From an uncultured Opitutia bacterium (GTDB taxonomy: Bacteria; Verrucomicrobiota; Verrucomicrobiia; Opitutales; Opitutaceae), in NCBI GenBank assembly GCA_903872425.1, contig CAIQKQ010000043.1, positions 2,071 through 66,070 on the forward strand: a stretch of 64,000 nucleotides of DNA, read 5' to 3'. The notes under the pieces were generated by a model, which searched no databases, was not told the origin of the DNA, and was given only the letters and a program-made list of their open reading frames with translations. A program made the translations under genes and the position numbers. Within the stretch, counting starts at the first letter, position 1, and each line of letters begins with the position of its first letter. Below are positions 9,472-19,946 of this stretch, one piece after another.

Positions 9472-11472
9472 TCAGTCGGCCGGCGGGATCGCGCAAATGA
9501 CGTAGGGGAGGCCGGGGGCTTGCACGATGACGGGCCAACCGACGGAGAGTTTGCCCGGCTCCGGCTCGTGGACGGCGTCATGGTAGAAAGGCGAGCTTTC
9601 GACTAGGTATTTCGTGTTGGGGCTTCCCGGATAGAGTAGCAATAAGGTGATATTAAGGGCACGTAGGCGGCGTTGCTGATCCTTCGCATTCAGGCTGCGG
9701 TCGAAGAGAAACGCCACCTCTGGGCTCCAGATGGGCACGAGGTCGCAGCCGCTAGCGGCGTTGGCGAGCACCGCCTGGGCGTAGGCGTTTTCGGTGAGGA
9801 TGCGCGTGCCGGTTTTGAGCAGCGGGGCGAGCTGCGAATCAGCGAGAAAGCGCTCTGCCCCGCCCGATGGCGGCACAGTGGCGGCGAAGGCTGCGCGGTA
9901 CTTGGCCCAGTCGGGCTGCGCGGGGTTTTTGTCCTCGCCGAGCTGCGTAGGATTAAACGGAAACACCGCCGCGAGCAAGGCGGCGCGCAGCAGCGTCGTT
10001 AGCACCGCCACCGTCACGAGCCACCGCCGCGCCGGCCCGCGTGACACCCGCTCTAGCCCGACGGCTGCCGCGACCGCCAGCAACAAAGCCACCGGGCTGA
10101 GCATGCGCGCGCCGTAGGCCGTGCCGCCGGGCATCAGCCCGCCCAGCGCGAGCCACAGCCACAACGCCCCGCCCACGGCCGCCGTCCCCGCCAGCCACCC
10201 CGCGCGGCGCACGAGCCACACCGCGGCTGGTGCGCCAGCCACGATTTGCCAGCCCATATCAGCCAGAAACTCCTTTGCGAGCGCGAGCCACGCGGCTGTC
10301 GTGAAAGTTCCCAGCCCGAAAATCGGCCGATATTTTTGCATTAGCGCTTCGAACACCGCGTTGCTTGGGAAGAGGCCCAGTCCGTGGTTGTACAGCGGGT
10401 TGCCGTTACGGAGCCAGTTGCGGACGTGCCATGGCGCGAGAATTAGCGCCGCGGTGCTGCCGAACACCACAACCGCCCGCCATCCGAGCCGCCGACCTAG
10501 CAGCACGAGGCAGCCGCCCGCTACGAAAGCCGGGCCATACTCGCGCGCCAGCCCCGCCACGCCGCCGCCCAGCAGTCCGGCGAGCACGAGCGCGCGGATA
10601 TCCTTCGCGCCGTCAGCCCGCAGCAACGCGAGCATCATACCGGCCACGCCGAACGCCGTCAGGCCAGTCTCCTGGCCGATCATCACTGCACGGAAAAACA
10701 TGGGCGTCGCCGCGAGCACCGCCGCCGCCATTACGCCGGCGCGCCGGTGGTTACTGACTTGGGACGCCAGTTGGTAAGCGAGGAAGAGCGCACCGAGGTA
10801 TTGCGCGATGGCCAGCGGCATCACGACTTCAGGCGCCGTCGCCCCGGTCGCGGCAAAAATCCACCAATAACCCGCTGAGACCAAGGGCGCGAAGCCGTCG
10901 GGGTGGAAAAAGATGTGAAAATCCGCCGCCGTCACCGGCGGATAAAACGCCAGCGAGTGCTCCCGCAACATTTGTCGCGCGAGAAAATCCCAGCGGAACA
11001 GCGTGTCGAACCCGCTGAGCGGCGCGAGAAAGCCGCGCCAGGCCGCGAGCAATGCCAACAGCACGACGCCGCCAAGCAAAAGCCAGTTTTGCCAGCGCTC
11101 GCTTTTCGTTGACGCCTTTTCCGCCGGCCCCGGGTAGAGCGAGTCTCCGACCGACCGGCTATCAGTATCCAGCCGGATGTCCTGCTCGCTCGCACCGGCG
11201 GGCACGGCCACGTGCGGGGGCCATTTCCAGAGTGCGAACGCGAACGCGGCGTTCAGCGCCAACAACCACCCCGCCATCGGCCCGAGCCGCAACGGCACGC
11301 CAGCGGCGTCGAACAACTCCACGCCGCAGAGCAGAAATAGCATGGAGAGAGGCACCGCCGCCGCCCACGCCCAGCCTGGGCGCCATCCGAGCAGCCGCGC
11401 CGCCAACCAGCCCGGCGCGACGAGGCCCGACGCGTAGGCGAGGAGAGCGAGGCAGAAGACACCAAAAGTCAT
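9472..11472 (-). CDS. polytopic membrane protein, GT-C/PMT_2-like (ArnT-type glycosyltransferase fold suspected) with a C-terminal soluble domain
   Basis: About 666 aa with more than 10 predicted TM helices followed by a ~170-aa non-membrane tail. The family assignment is by architecture only. Start taken at MTFGVFCL. Confidence 0.55.
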   Translation of the reverse strand: MTFGVFCLALLAYASGLVAPGWLAARLLGWRPGWAWAAAVPLSMLFLLCGVELFDAAGVPLRLGPMAGWLLALNAAFAFALWKWPPHVAVPAGASEQDIRLDTDSRSVGDSLYPGPAEKASTKSERWQNWLLLGGVVLLALLAAWRGFLAPLSGFDTLFRWDFLARQMLREHSLAFYPPVTAADFHIFFHPDGFAPLVSAGYWWIFAATGATAPEVVMPLAIAQYLGALFLAYQLASQVSNHRRAGVMAAAVLAATPMFFRAVMIGQETGLTAFGVAGMMLALLRADGAKDIRALVLAGLLGGGVAGLAREYGPAFVAGGCLVLLGRRLGWRAVVVFGSTAALILAPWHVRNWLRNGNPLYNHGLGLFPSNAVFEALMQKYRPIFGLGTFTTAAWLALAKEFLADMGWQIVAGAPAAVWLVRRAGWLAGTAAVGGALWLWLALGGLMPGGTAYGARMLSPVALLLAVAAAVGLERVSRGPARRWLVTVAVLTTLLRAALLAAVFPFNPTQLGEDKNPAQPDWAKYRAAFAATVPPSGGAERFLADSQLAPLLKTGTRILTENAYAQAVLANAASGCDLVPIWSPEVAFLFDRSLNAKDQQRRLRALNITLLLLYPGSPNTKYLVESSPFYHDAVHEPEPGKLSVGWPVIVQAPGLPYVICAIPPAD

Positions 11473-11698
11473 GGGGAGAGCCGCTCGCGCGGCAGGCGGA
11501 GGTCGGTCATGGGCGGCGCGCAGCGAAACGCCCACCCCCGCCCGGCGCAATGCGGGAAATCAGCCTAGTTGCAGTCGCTCTAGTCTGTTGAGCGCGAGCC
11601 TGCGCGTGACGCATCGAAGGACTAGGTTCGTCTCAACCTCCCGGCTTGCCAGCGCGCTCGGCGGTTGGTTGGGTCAGTGTTTTCAGAAAACTTTTTCC

Positions 11699-14419
11699 AT
11701 GCCCGAAATTTCCAAGAGCTATGAGCCCCGCGACGTCGAAGAAAAATGGTATGCCGCTTGGCAGTCCGCTGGCGCGTTCGCGGGCCGCACTGACGACGGC
11801 AAGGTCCCCTATTGCATCGTCATCCCGCCGCCCAACGTCACCGGCGTCCTCACGATGGGCCATGTACTCAACAACACTATTCAGGATATCCTCGCCCGCC
11901 GCGCCCGCCTCGAAGGAAAGTCCGTCCTTTGGCTCCCAGGCACCGACCATGCCGGTATCGCCACGCAAACCGTCGTCGAGCGCACGCTAAAAAAATCCGG
12001 CGAGATCAAGCACCGCGACGACCTCGGGCGCGAAAAATTTCTGGAGAAGGTCTGGCAGTGGAAAGAAAAGCACGGCGGCATCATCATCCAGCAACTCAAG
12101 AAGCTCGGCTGCTCCTGCGACTGGGACCGTGAACGGTTCACGATGGACGCCGACTATTCGCGCTGCGTGCAAAAAGTTTTCGTCGAGCTCTATAAAAAGG
12201 GTCTCATCTACCGCGGCAATCGCATGGTCAACTGGTGCCCCGTCTCGCTCACCGCGCTCTCCGACGAGGAGGTCATCATGAAGGAGTCGCGCGGCACGCT
12301 ATGCTATTTCAAGGTCGAGGTCGCGGAAAAGCCTGGCACGTTTCTTACCATCGCCACTACGCGCCCCGAGACCATCCCCGGCGACACCGCCGTGGCCGTC
12401 AACCCGAAGGACCCGCGCTACGCCCACCTCATCGGACAACACGTCGTACGTCCGCTGCCGGCCGAACTGCCGCGCGAGCAGAAACTCATCCCTATCGTTG
12501 GCGACGCCCACGTCGACTTCGAGTTCGGCACCGGCGTGCTCAAGGTCACGCCCGCGCACGACAAGGCCGACTTCGACATCGGCCAGCGCCATGGGCTCGC
12601 GCAGATCGAGGTCATCGCCGCCGACGGCAAAATGAACGATGCCGCCGGTGCCGACTTGCGCGGCCTCGACCGTTTCAAGGCGCGCAAAGTCGCGGTGGAA
12701 AAGCTCACCGAGTTGGGCGCGCTGGTGAAAGAGGAGCCCTACACCAACAACGTCGGCTACAGCGAGCGCGCCGACGTGCCCGTCGAGCCGCGCCTGAGCG
12801 AACAGTGGTTTCTGAAATACCCGAGCGTGGATAAGGCGCGGGCTTGTGTAGCCGGGGTCGCTGACCCCGGTTCCGAAAAAATGCATTTTCACCCCGAGCG
12901 CTGGGCCAAGGTCTATGACCACTGGATGGGCAACATCCAGGACTGGTGCATCAGCCGCCAGCTTTGGTGGGGGCATCGGATTCCGGTGTGGTATCGCAAT
13001 GAAGCGCCCCGCGTGGCCGGGGATCTCGGCCAAGATCAGATTCGCTGTCAGATAGAATCTCCAGGGGAAGGCTGGATCCAAGACCCCGACGTCCTCGACA
13101 CTTGGTTCAGTTCTTGGCTCTGGCCGTTTGCCACGATGGGCTGGCCGGACCAGACCGAGACGCTGAAGAAATTTTACCCGACCACGACGCTCGTTACTGG
13201 GCCGGACATCATCTTTTTCTGGGTCGCGCGCATGATCATGGCCGGCTACGAGTTCATGGGCGAGATGCCGTTCAAGCATGTGTATTTCACCGGCATCATC
13301 CGTGACCAGTCGGGCCGTAAGATGTCGAAGTCTCTCGGCAACTCGCCAGACCCACTCGACCTCATCGCCAAGTACGGCGCCGACGGCCTGCGTTTCGGCA
13401 TCATCTCGCTCGCGCCCCAGGGGCAGGACATCCGTTTTCAGGAGGACCGCATCGAGAGCGGCAAAAATTTCTGCAACAAACTCTGGAACGCCGCCCGCTT
13501 CCGCCAGATGAGCGGTGACGCGGGCGACAACTCCACACTCGCCGCCATCGTCGCACGCCTAGATGCCACGAAGTTCGACGCCGACGACCACGCCATCCTT
13601 GATCGGCTGCTTGCCGTCACGCGTGAAACGGACCGTTGCTTCGCGGAGTTTGAATTCAGCGCGGCGGTGCACGCGCTCTACGGGTTTTTCTGGAACGACT
13701 TCTGCGACTGGTATGTGGAGGTCTCAAAATCGAAGCTCCAGTCGCCCGACCTCAAGGCCAACTGCCTCGCCATCCAAGACCTCGTGTTGCGCCAGACCTT
13801 GCTGCTACTGCACCCGTTCATCCCCTTTATCACCGAAGAGCTCTGGTCACTGCTCGGCTACGGCGCACAGGGAAAATTTATCCAGGACGCCTCGCTCGAA
13901 AACGCCTCCCAACTCGCCACCACCTCGCATGCGCAGGGCCTCGTGCTCGACCGTGCCGCCGTCGCCGCCGTAGAGAAACTAAAATCCTTTGTTTCCTCTG
14001 CCCGAGCGATTAAGGCCGACCACAACGTCGCCAGCCGCCGCGACGTGCGCTTCCTCGTGACTGCCGCCGACACAGAGTGGGCTGCGCTCGCCGCCAGCCT
14101 CGCGTCGCTTACGCGTATGACCGGCGCGGTCGAGATAGTCCGGAAGGCGACAGTCGAGAACGCGCCCGCCGTCGTTACTCCGTTTGGCACACTCTATCTC
14201 GATCTGGCCAGCACCGTGGACGCCGCCGCCGAGAAAATCCGCCTCACCAAGGAGCTCGACGCGCTCAAGAAGCACATCGCCGCCACCGAGGCCCGACTCG
14301 CCAATCCCGCCTTCGCGGACAAAGCCCCGCCCGCGGTCCTTGCCGGCGCTAAAAAGCAACTCGCCGACCAGCAGGCTAAGCACGCCGAGCTCGTCCGTCT
14401 ACTCGCCGGCTTGGGTTAG
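11699..14419 (+). CDS. valS: valine--tRNA ligase
   Basis: MPEISKSYEPRDVEEKWY start, HIGH-region PPPNVTGVLTMGHV, KMSKS motif (GRKMSKSLGNS), C-terminal coiled coil. The upstream 76 codons of the track ORF were rejected. Confidence 0.95.
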   Translation: MPEISKSYEPRDVEEKWYAAWQSAGAFAGRTDDGKVPYCIVIPPPNVTGVLTMGHVLNNTIQDILARRARLEGKSVLWLPGTDHAGIATQTVVERTLKKSGEIKHRDDLGREKFLEKVWQWKEKHGGIIIQQLKKLGCSCDWDRERFTMDADYSRCVQKVFVELYKKGLIYRGNRMVNWCPVSLTALSDEEVIMKESRGTLCYFKVEVAEKPGTFLTIATTRPETIPGDTAVAVNPKDPRYAHLIGQHVVRPLPAELPREQKLIPIVGDAHVDFEFGTGVLKVTPAHDKADFDIGQRHGLAQIEVIAADGKMNDAAGADLRGLDRFKARKVAVEKLTELGALVKEEPYTNNVGYSERADVPVEPRLSEQWFLKYPSVDKARACVAGVADPGSEKMHFHPERWAKVYDHWMGNIQDWCISRQLWWGHRIPVWYRNEAPRVAGDLGQDQIRCQIESPGEGWIQDPDVLDTWFSSWLWPFATMGWPDQTETLKKFYPTTTLVTGPDIIFFWVARMIMAGYEFMGEMPFKHVYFTGIIRDQSGRKMSKSLGNSPDPLDLIAKYGADGLRFGIISLAPQGQDIRFQEDRIESGKNFCNKLWNAARFRQMSGDAGDNSTLAAIVARLDATKFDADDHAILDRLLAVTRETDRCFAEFEFSAAVHALYGFFWNDFCDWYVEVSKSKLQSPDLKANCLAIQDLVLRQTLLLLHPFIPFITEELWSLLGYGAQGKFIQDASLENASQLATTSHAQGLVLDRAAVAAVEKLKSFVSSARAIKADHNVASRRDVRFLVTAADTEWAALAASLASLTRMTGAVEIVRKATVENAPAVVTPFGTLYLDLASTVDAAAEKIRLTKELDALKKHIAATEARLANPAFADKAPPAVLAGAKKQLADQQAKHAELVRLLAGLG

Positions 14420-14454
14420 GGGACTTTGCGGGCCGCGCCGCCGTTTTAAGGGTT

Positions 14455-14769
14455 TTAGTCGGTCGAAATCGCGCCGACGGTCGTCGGCTTTGGCCGGTGG
14501 AAGAGCGCCGTGTGGCCGACCGCACCCGCGAGCACGCAGCTAGTGCGCTCGGTGATCTGCGCGATAAATTTCGCGCGCGTGGGCCGATCGGCGCCGAGGA
14601 AGCGTAGCTTCACCAGCTCGCGGTCGGCGAGCAGCCGGCTGAGCTCTGCGTAAAACTCGGGCGTCAGCCCACCTTTGCCGACCTTGAGTGCAGGTTCGAG
14701 GTTCTGGCCGAGGCCGCGCAAGCGGGAGCGTTCCGCGCCGGTGAGCGTCGTGAGTGAATTGTCATCCAT
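14455..14769 (-). CDS. yhbY: YhbY-like CRM-domain RNA-binding protein
   Basis: 104 aa with LTGAERSRLRGLGQNLEPALKVGKGGLT...VKLRF, typical of the YhbY/CRS1 fold. Lies immediately downstream of the pseudouridine synthase gene. Confidence 0.8.
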   Translation of the reverse strand: MDDNSLTTLTGAERSRLRGLGQNLEPALKVGKGGLTPEFYAELSRLLADRELVKLRFLGADRPTRAKFIAQITERTSCVLAGAVGHTALFHRPKPTTVGAISTD

Positions 14770-14829
14770 GTGACCCGCAGCCTGCACCACCCTAACGTGG
14801 ATGGGAAACAATTTGTCGGGGCACATTTT

Positions 14830-15522
14830 CTAGCCGAAAAAATCCAACGGCAGTTCTCGCCATTGGCCGGGGGCGAGGTTGCCGAGGGTAAGCGGGCCGA
14901 ACTGCGCGCGGTGCAGGGTGAGTACCGTCGCACCGGTGGCGGCGAACATCCGGCGGACTTGGTGGTATTTCCCTTCTGTCAGCGTCAGCTCGGCCTCGTG
15001 CGGGGAGATAATTGTCAGCGTGGCGGGGGCACAGGGCGCTTTTTCACCGTCGAGCAGAAGTGTGCCAGCCGCGAAGCGCGCGACGAGGTCGGGCGCGAGG
15101 TCGCGGTCCACTGTCGCGCGGTAAACTTTTTCCACTTTGTGCTTGGGCGAGGTGAGGCGGTGGACCAGCGCGGTCTGGTCAGTGAGCAGCAATAGGCCGG
15201 AGGTGTCTTTGTCGAGCCGACCGACGCTGGTGACGGCGGGGTTGCGCGCGAGCCAACGCGGGGGCAGCAGGTCGTAGACGCGCGGACCTTCGTCGGCGTC
15301 GTGCGAGCAGACAAGTCCAGTCGGCTTGTGGAGCAGTAGCAGCAGGCCGTCGGGGAGGTCGGGTGGCTGGTCGTCAATCAGTACGTCCGCGGGCGCGGCC
15401 TTCGCGCCGAAATCATCCGCCACGATACCGCGCACGGTCACGCGACCAGCGGCGATCCAACCGCGAGCCTCACGGCGAGAGCAGTAACCGAGGTTGGCGA
15501 GAAGTTGGTCGAGGCGACGCAT
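14830..15522 (-). CDS. RsuA/RluB-family rRNA pseudouridine synthase
   Basis: S4 domain (MRRLDQLLANLGYCSRREA) followed by the catalytic motif GRLDKDTSGLLLLT. Confidence 0.85.
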   Translation of the reverse strand: MRRLDQLLANLGYCSRREARGWIAAGRVTVRGIVADDFGAKAAPADVLIDDQPPDLPDGLLLLLHKPTGLVCSHDADEGPRVYDLLPPRWLARNPAVTSVGRLDKDTSGLLLLTDQTALVHRLTSPKHKVEKVYRATVDRDLAPDLVARFAAGTLLLDGEKAPCAPATLTIISPHEAELTLTEGKYHQVRRMFAATGATVLTLHRAQFGPLTLGNLAPGQWRELPLDFFG

Positions 15523-15636
15523 GGACGGAGCAGAGCATGGGCGCAAAAAGGCGCAAGGGGCGCAAAAACAAAAGTGCCATGCGAGGCCTGCGATTTTTTG
15601 CGCGTCTTCGCGCCGTTTTGTGGCAGCCTGCCTATC

Positions 15637-16794
15637 ATGGGACGCGGGATATTATTATTGTTGTCGGTGTTCTTCGTGGGGGCTGGCGTGCTCACGGTGG
15701 TGCGCGCGCCGACCTTGGCGACGTGGAAACCCGCGTTGCTCGTCGGCGAGTTTGGCCATGTGCTCTGGATTTTACCGGCGGCACTCACGGTGCTGGCGAG
15801 GCGGAGCGCAGGAGTGGATCGGCCAGCGGCGCTGGTGGGATTATTCACCGTATTGCTCTGCCTCACGGCCGTCGGGCTGTTGCTGAAGCCGACTGTACAG
15901 GCGTGCGCGCTCTCTCGTACGCTGACCGCGGAACTTGGGCGCGCCTTCGGTAAAGTGGAGCTGACGCGCTCGCCGTTCTCGCTCAAGGGGCTGTTGGCGT
16001 GGCCGTCTCGGCTCGCGATACCGCAGACGTTGGAGTTTGCCCGTGCCGGCACTCCCAACGCGCTCGCGCTGAATTTTTATGCGGCGCAACGCGCCGACGG
16101 CAGGCCCGCTCCATGCGTGCTCGTCATCCACGGCGGCGGCTGGGACAGCGGCGACCGCACGCAGCTCCCTCGATTCAACGGCTGGCTCGCGCAGCGCGGC
16201 TACGCAGTCGCAGCGATTGACTATCGGCTCGCGCCGCAGCACGCGTGGCCTGCGGCGGCCGACGATGTGGAGACGGCACTCGCGTTTCTCAAGGATAACG
16301 CAGCGCGGCTCGGACTCGACCCGCAGAAATTCATCCTGCTCGGTCGCTCAGCCGGCGGGCAGATCGCGACAGCGTTTGCCTACGGTCGGCTCGACCCTGC
16401 GGTGCGCGGCGTGGTCGCGCTCTACGCGCCCCACGATCTCCACTTCGCGTGGCAATACGGTCGCGAGGATGACATCCTCCATTCTTTGCAACTCCTCCGA
16501 CAGCTCACGGGCGGCACCCCCGACACAGTACGCGCGGCCTACGATTCAGCGTCGGGCTATTCGCTCGCCACGAAGTCCGCACTGCCGACGCTGATCGTCC
16601 ACGGCGTGATCGACACCCTGGTGTGGCATAAGCAGAGCGAGCGGCTGCACACACGCCTCGACGAGCTCGGCGTGCCCAACGTCTTCGTGTCGCTGCCATG
16701 GGCGACTCATGCCTTCGACTACAATCTTGCCGGCCCCGGCGGCCAGCTCACGACATACGCGTTGGAGTGGTTCCTCGCGGCGGTGACAAAGTGA
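15637..16794 (+). CDS. alpha/beta hydrolase (esterase/lipase-type) with N-terminal membrane segments
   Basis: HGGGW oxyanion motif and nucleophile elbow GRSAGG. Start taken at MGRGILLLL; the ORF extends upstream to 15505. Confidence 0.8.
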   Translation: MGRGILLLLSVFFVGAGVLTVVRAPTLATWKPALLVGEFGHVLWILPAALTVLARRSAGVDRPAALVGLFTVLLCLTAVGLLLKPTVQACALSRTLTAELGRAFGKVELTRSPFSLKGLLAWPSRLAIPQTLEFARAGTPNALALNFYAAQRADGRPAPCVLVIHGGGWDSGDRTQLPRFNGWLAQRGYAVAAIDYRLAPQHAWPAAADDVETALAFLKDNAARLGLDPQKFILLGRSAGGQIATAFAYGRLDPAVRGVVALYAPHDLHFAWQYGREDDILHSLQLLRQLTGGTPDTVRAAYDSASGYSLATKSALPTLIVHGVIDTLVWHKQSERLHTRLDELGVPNVFVSLPWATHAFDYNLAGPGGQLTTYALEWFLAAVTK

Positions 16795-16815
16795 ACCAGA
16801 AAAATTTACCGCTCA

Positions 16816-17457
16816 TTAGGCATACCGCTCCTCTTTCCACGGATCGGCGGTGTTTGAGTAGCCGCGTACTTCCCAAAAGCCAGGCTTGTCGTCGGTGAGA
16901 AAGGTAAGGCCGCGTACAAACTTCGTGCCTTTCCACGCATAGAGCTTGGGGACGATCACACGGGCCGGTCCGCCGTGCTCCAACGGTAGCGGTTTGCCCT
17001 CGAAACTCGTGGCGACGAGTACATCGTCATCGAGGCACGCAGCCAGCGGGACGTTGGTCGAGTAGCCATCGTAGCCGGTGAAATAAACAAAGCGCGCGGC
17101 TGGCGACGGCCGCGCTAGCTCGTAAAGCGTAGTGAACGCCACTCCGCCCCAGCGGCAGTCGTATTTGCTCCACGTCGTCACGCAGTGAAAATCACTCACG
17201 TCCTCGGCCGGGGGCAGCGCGTTGAACTCGGCCCACGACAGGCGCACGGGATTATCCACCAAGCCGTCGAGTGTGAGCGTCCACTCGGCCAAAGGAATCT
17301 CCGGCTTCACACCGAGGTCGAGCACTGGAAATCCGGTCGTGAGCTTCTGCCCTGGCGGCAGTCGGTCGGCCGCTGCGACTGCGCGCGGACGCACACCCTT
17401 GGCGATCTGTTTCTCCGCCCAGCGTTGCTTGGCCTCGATGTAGCGCTCCTTCGACAT
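16816..17457 (-). CDS. sulfite oxidase-like molybdopterin-binding oxidoreductase
   Basis: 213 aa with DFHCVTTWSKYDCRWGGV and GGPARVIVPKLYAWKGTKFV, typical of the short SO-family Mo-domain proteins. Confidence 0.82.
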   Translation of the reverse strand: MSKERYIEAKQRWAEKQIAKGVRPRAVAAADRLPPGQKLTTGFPVLDLGVKPEIPLAEWTLTLDGLVDNPVRLSWAEFNALPPAEDVSDFHCVTTWSKYDCRWGGVAFTTLYELARPSPAARFVYFTGYDGYSTNVPLAACLDDDVLVATSFEGKPLPLEHGGPARVIVPKLYAWKGTKFVRGLTFLTDDKPGFWEVRGYSNTADPWKEERYA

Positions 17458-17523
17458 GGCCCCAGTGTATCCAGGATGCGCGGCGTGGCAAGTGGGTCCG
17501 TGCACTCGTTACTTTCTTACGAT

Positions 17524-18072
17524 TCATTCCAGCCCCAGAATTTTTCGTCCTTCGCCGGTGATCATCTGTGGCGTCCAGACGGGATCCCAGACAATGTGGA
17601 CTTTGGCTGAATCCACGCCGGGGAGGGCGGCGATTTTTTGGCGGGCGTCCTCGGCGATCACGGGGCCCATGCCGCAGCCGGGAGCGGTTAGCGTCATCTT
17701 CACCTCGACAATGCGGCCGCCGGCCGGAGTGGTCTCGACGGCAAGGTCATAGACGAGGCCCAGGTCCACGATGTTAACCGGGATTTCCGGGTCGAAGCAG
17801 GTCTTTAGCGCTTCCCACGCGGCGTGTTCACTGAATTCGCCAATGGCGGGCGCGGGTGAAGCGACAAATCGGCCGAGATCGAGGCCGGAGATGGCGTTGG
17901 CGTCCGCGCCAGCTATGCGGTAGAGACCCCGGTCGGTGCGGACCGTGACGTTGCCACCTAGCGTCTGCATAATGTGCAGGCGGGTGCCGGCGGGAAGGGT
18001 CACAGGGTCGCCGGCCGGAATAGCGGTGGCGGCCGTGGCTTGCACAAGGGAAAATTCCTGGGTCGGAGTCAT
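17524..18072 (-). CDS. sufT: putative Fe-S cluster assembly protein SufT (DUF59/MIP18 C-domain)
   Basis: 182 aa. The C-terminal half, DPEIPVNIVDLGLVYD...LTAPGCGMGP...WTPQMITGEG, is a classic DUF59. The N-terminal ~80-aa extension matches SufT architecture. Confidence 0.78.
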   Translation of the reverse strand: MTPTQEFSLVQATAATAIPAGDPVTLPAGTRLHIMQTLGGNVTVRTDRGLYRIAGADANAISGLDLGRFVASPAPAIGEFSEHAAWEALKTCFDPEIPVNIVDLGLVYDLAVETTPAGGRIVEVKMTLTAPGCGMGPVIAEDARQKIAALPGVDSAKVHIVWDPVWTPQMITGEGRKILGLE

Positions 18073-18088
18073 GGCGTCGGCGAAAAGC

Positions 18089-18098
18089 GGGGGGGGGG
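18089..18098. repeat. G10 (C10 on the coding strand) homopolymer in the 32-bp sppA-sufT spacer
   Basis: Read directly: gcGGGGGGGGGGaataat, 17-26 nt upstream of the sufT start codon. Confidence 0.9.
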
Positions 18099-18104
18099 AA
18101 TAAT

Positions 18105-19946
18105 TTAGCGCGCAATAATATCAAACGGCAGGCGCGCGTAGACGCCGAGTTTGTCGTTGAATTGCTCCAGGATGCGGGCCTGCGATTTCACCTCGTCGGT
18201 GAGGCGCGTGACGACACCGGGAGTTGGGGTGGCCACGTGGCCAGAGGCCGGCCGTCGGGCGTCGTCGAGCAGATCGTTGATGAGATCGCCGATTTCGCGC
18301 GAACGGGGAAACTCCTCCAACGGCGCGTCGGCGGAGAGGCCAGCTTCCTTGGTGGCATACGCGATGGCGGCATCGAGGCCACCGATCTCGTCCACGAGGC
18401 CGAGCTTAAGCGCGGCAGCGCCCGACCACACCCGGCCCTCGGCGATCTCGCGGACCTTGGTCGCGTCGAGCTTGCGACCCTCGGCGACCTTGTTGATAAA
18501 CTCGTCATAAATCCAGTCCACGGTCTTCTGGAACAGCGCAAGCTCCTCGGGCGTCTTGGCGCGGGCGATAGTCTCGAGGTCGGCGTGCGCGCCGGTTGTC
18601 ACCGTGTCGAACGTGAGGCCGAGGTTGTTGGCGAGCTTCTTCACGTCGAAGAAAACGGAGAATACGCCAATGGAACCAGTAATGCTCGCGGGCTCGGCAA
18701 AGATGCGTTTCCCATAGGCTGAGATCCAATAGCCCCCCGACGCGGCGTAGCTGCCCATTGAGACGACGACGGGTTTGGCCGCGCGTGCCAGCCGCAACTC
18801 GCGCTGGATGTGCTCAGAGCCGGAGACGGAGCCGCCAGGGCTGTTCACGCGCAGCACAATGGCCTTCACGCTGTCGTCCTGCCGGAGTTGGCGCAGCTCG
18901 CGCGCAAATTTCGCGCCGCCCACCTCGCCGTCTCCGCCCTCGCCGTCCACAATCGCTCCCTCGGCGTAGACGACGGCGACCCGCGGGGTCTGGTTGTTCT
19001 CCAGTTTTTCCAGCGGTGACGCACCCGGTAAGTCGGCGATGTAGTCGATGAGGCTGACCTGCTTAAAAGTCTTGGCCGAATCCTTGGCCCCGGTGGCCTT
19101 TTTCAGGCCAGCGACGACCTCGTCGCGGTAAGCCTGCCGCGTGACGAGCTTTGCGGCCACGGCTCGCGCGGCGCGGACGAAGCCCTCTTGGTCTACGAGC
19201 GCCTGAATCTCGGCGGCCGGGAGCTTGCGGTCGGCCGCAATGTCGCCGAGCAGCTCGCCCCAGATGTCGCCGAGCAGCGCCTGCAATTGCTCGCGGCTCT
19301 CGGGGCTGAGATCGCTGCGCGTGAACGGCTCGACGGCCGATTTAAACTTGCCCACCCGCGAGATTTGCACGCCGACGCCAAATTTTTCCAGCGCCCCCGC
19401 ATAGAACATCGGTTGGCTCGCCAGCCCCGGCATGAAGACCACGCCGTAAGGGTCGAGCACGAGGTCGTCCGCGCACGCGGCCAGATAAAAGTCGCGGGTG
19501 GTTGCCTCGTCGAGGTAGGCGACGACGGGCTTTTTCGCGTCCTTGAACTCGTGCAACGCCGCCCGTACCTCCTTGAGCGCGGCGAAGCCCGTGCCGTAAC
19601 CATCGGGCGCGAGACTGCCCGTGAGCAACACGCCCTTGATGCGGTCGTCGTGCGCAGCAGCGCGCAGAGCGCGGGTGATCGAGCGCAGTTGCAGTGTCGC
19701 CGGGCCGCGGTCGCCAGCCAGCCGGCTGAGGAGCGCGGATTGCGTGATGGCGGGAGGTGCGTCGGTGAGGTTGGCGTTGAGATTGAAGACAAGGTAGGAG
19801 CCGCGCTCGAACGCGACGGCTTTGCCGCCGCCACCGGTCTGCGAAATCACCGCGCCGATGAGCGCGAGCGCCACCACGACCAAGCCGACACAGAATAACG
19901 CGAGACCGGCCAAAGTTCCGAGGAGCGAGACGAAAAAGTTTTTCAT
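18105..19946 (-). CDS. sppA: signal peptide peptidase SppA, 67K type
   Basis: About 613 aa from MKNFFVSLLGTLAGLALF (TM anchor), then two S49/ClpP-fold repeats (GSYAASGGYWIS region). The upstream 65 codons of the track ORF were rejected. Confidence 0.9.
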   Translation of the reverse strand: MKNFFVSLLGTLAGLALFCVGLVVVALALIGAVISQTGGGGKAVAFERGSYLVFNLNANLTDAPPAITQSALLSRLAGDRGPATLQLRSITRALRAAAHDDRIKGVLLTGSLAPDGYGTGFAALKEVRAALHEFKDAKKPVVAYLDEATTRDFYLAACADDLVLDPYGVVFMPGLASQPMFYAGALEKFGVGVQISRVGKFKSAVEPFTRSDLSPESREQLQALLGDIWGELLGDIAADRKLPAAEIQALVDQEGFVRAARAVAAKLVTRQAYRDEVVAGLKKATGAKDSAKTFKQVSLIDYIADLPGASPLEKLENNQTPRVAVVYAEGAIVDGEGGDGEVGGAKFARELRQLRQDDSVKAIVLRVNSPGGSVSGSEHIQRELRLARAAKPVVVSMGSYAASGGYWISAYGKRIFAEPASITGSIGVFSVFFDVKKLANNLGLTFDTVTTGAHADLETIARAKTPEELALFQKTVDWIYDEFINKVAEGRKLDATKVREIAEGRVWSGAAALKLGLVDEIGGLDAAIAYATKEAGLSADAPLEEFPRSREIGDLINDLLDDARRPASGHVATPTPGVVTRLTDEVKSQARILEQFNDKLGVYARLPFDIIAR

